This document shows, piece after piece, positions 63,948 to 64,000 of a stretch of 64,000 bases of DNA. Every line of letters starts with the position of its first letter. Positions within the stretch are counted from its first letter, which is position 1. The notes under the pieces were generated by a model, which was given only the letters and a program-made list of their open reading frames with translations, was not told where the DNA came from and did not search any database. Made by a program: the position numbers and the translations under genes. The DNA is from Basidiobolus meristosporus CBS 931.73 (taxonomy: Eukaryota > Fungi > Basidiobolomycota): assembly GCA_002104905.1 (NCBI GenBank), contig MCFE01000284.1:1-64000 (forward strand). The letters run 5' to 3'.

Positions 63948-64000
63948 TTAACGGTTAGACTTGGCAACGCGTTCCAATTCGTCCTTCTTCTTGATAGCGT
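63948..64000 (-). CDS. RPS5: 40S ribosomal protein S5 (uS7), C-terminal end; gene runs off the window
   Basis: The minus strand reads (Y)AIKKKDELERVAKSNR*, the conserved eukaryotic uS7 C-terminus. Confidence 0.9.
   Translation of the reverse strand, partial: AIKKKDELERVAKSNR

Noticed and set aside
1-64000. CRISPR array, rRNA or tRNA genes
   Set aside because: No regularly spaced short repeats with unique spacers and no rRNA or cloverleaf sequence recognised. The only tRNA-related sequences are primer-binding sites.

Overview
Eukaryotic, almost certainly fungal DNA. The short GT-AG introns and gene content suggest an early-diverging fungus (inference). The window has two sharply different domains. 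(1) Bases 1 to ~51,200 are a CpG-depleted nest of decayed transposons: two Ty1/copia families, Ty3/gypsy elements, an ~800-bp solo-LTR-like family, a 734-bp near-perfect foldback element with 3-bp ATT/AAT target duplications (2 full copies and 1 truncated), and a 2.6-kb inverted-repeat element whose arms contain coding sequence. Copia family 1 (369-bp LTR) occupies 0.3-27 kb and family 2 (~349-bp LTR) occupies 36-51 kb; both have a half-tRNA-iMet primer site. All seven copia insertions whose target-site duplications I could read sit inside a copy of their own family. (2) Bases ~51,250-64,000 are a CpG-normal gene island: an unassigned 3.4-kb tract, alanine aminotransferase (8 exons), NOP58 (3 exons), a PAS-PAS protein (3 exons) and the 3' tip of RPS5. 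No element has an intact gag-pol ORF. All alignments and counts were done by eye, with no database searches.
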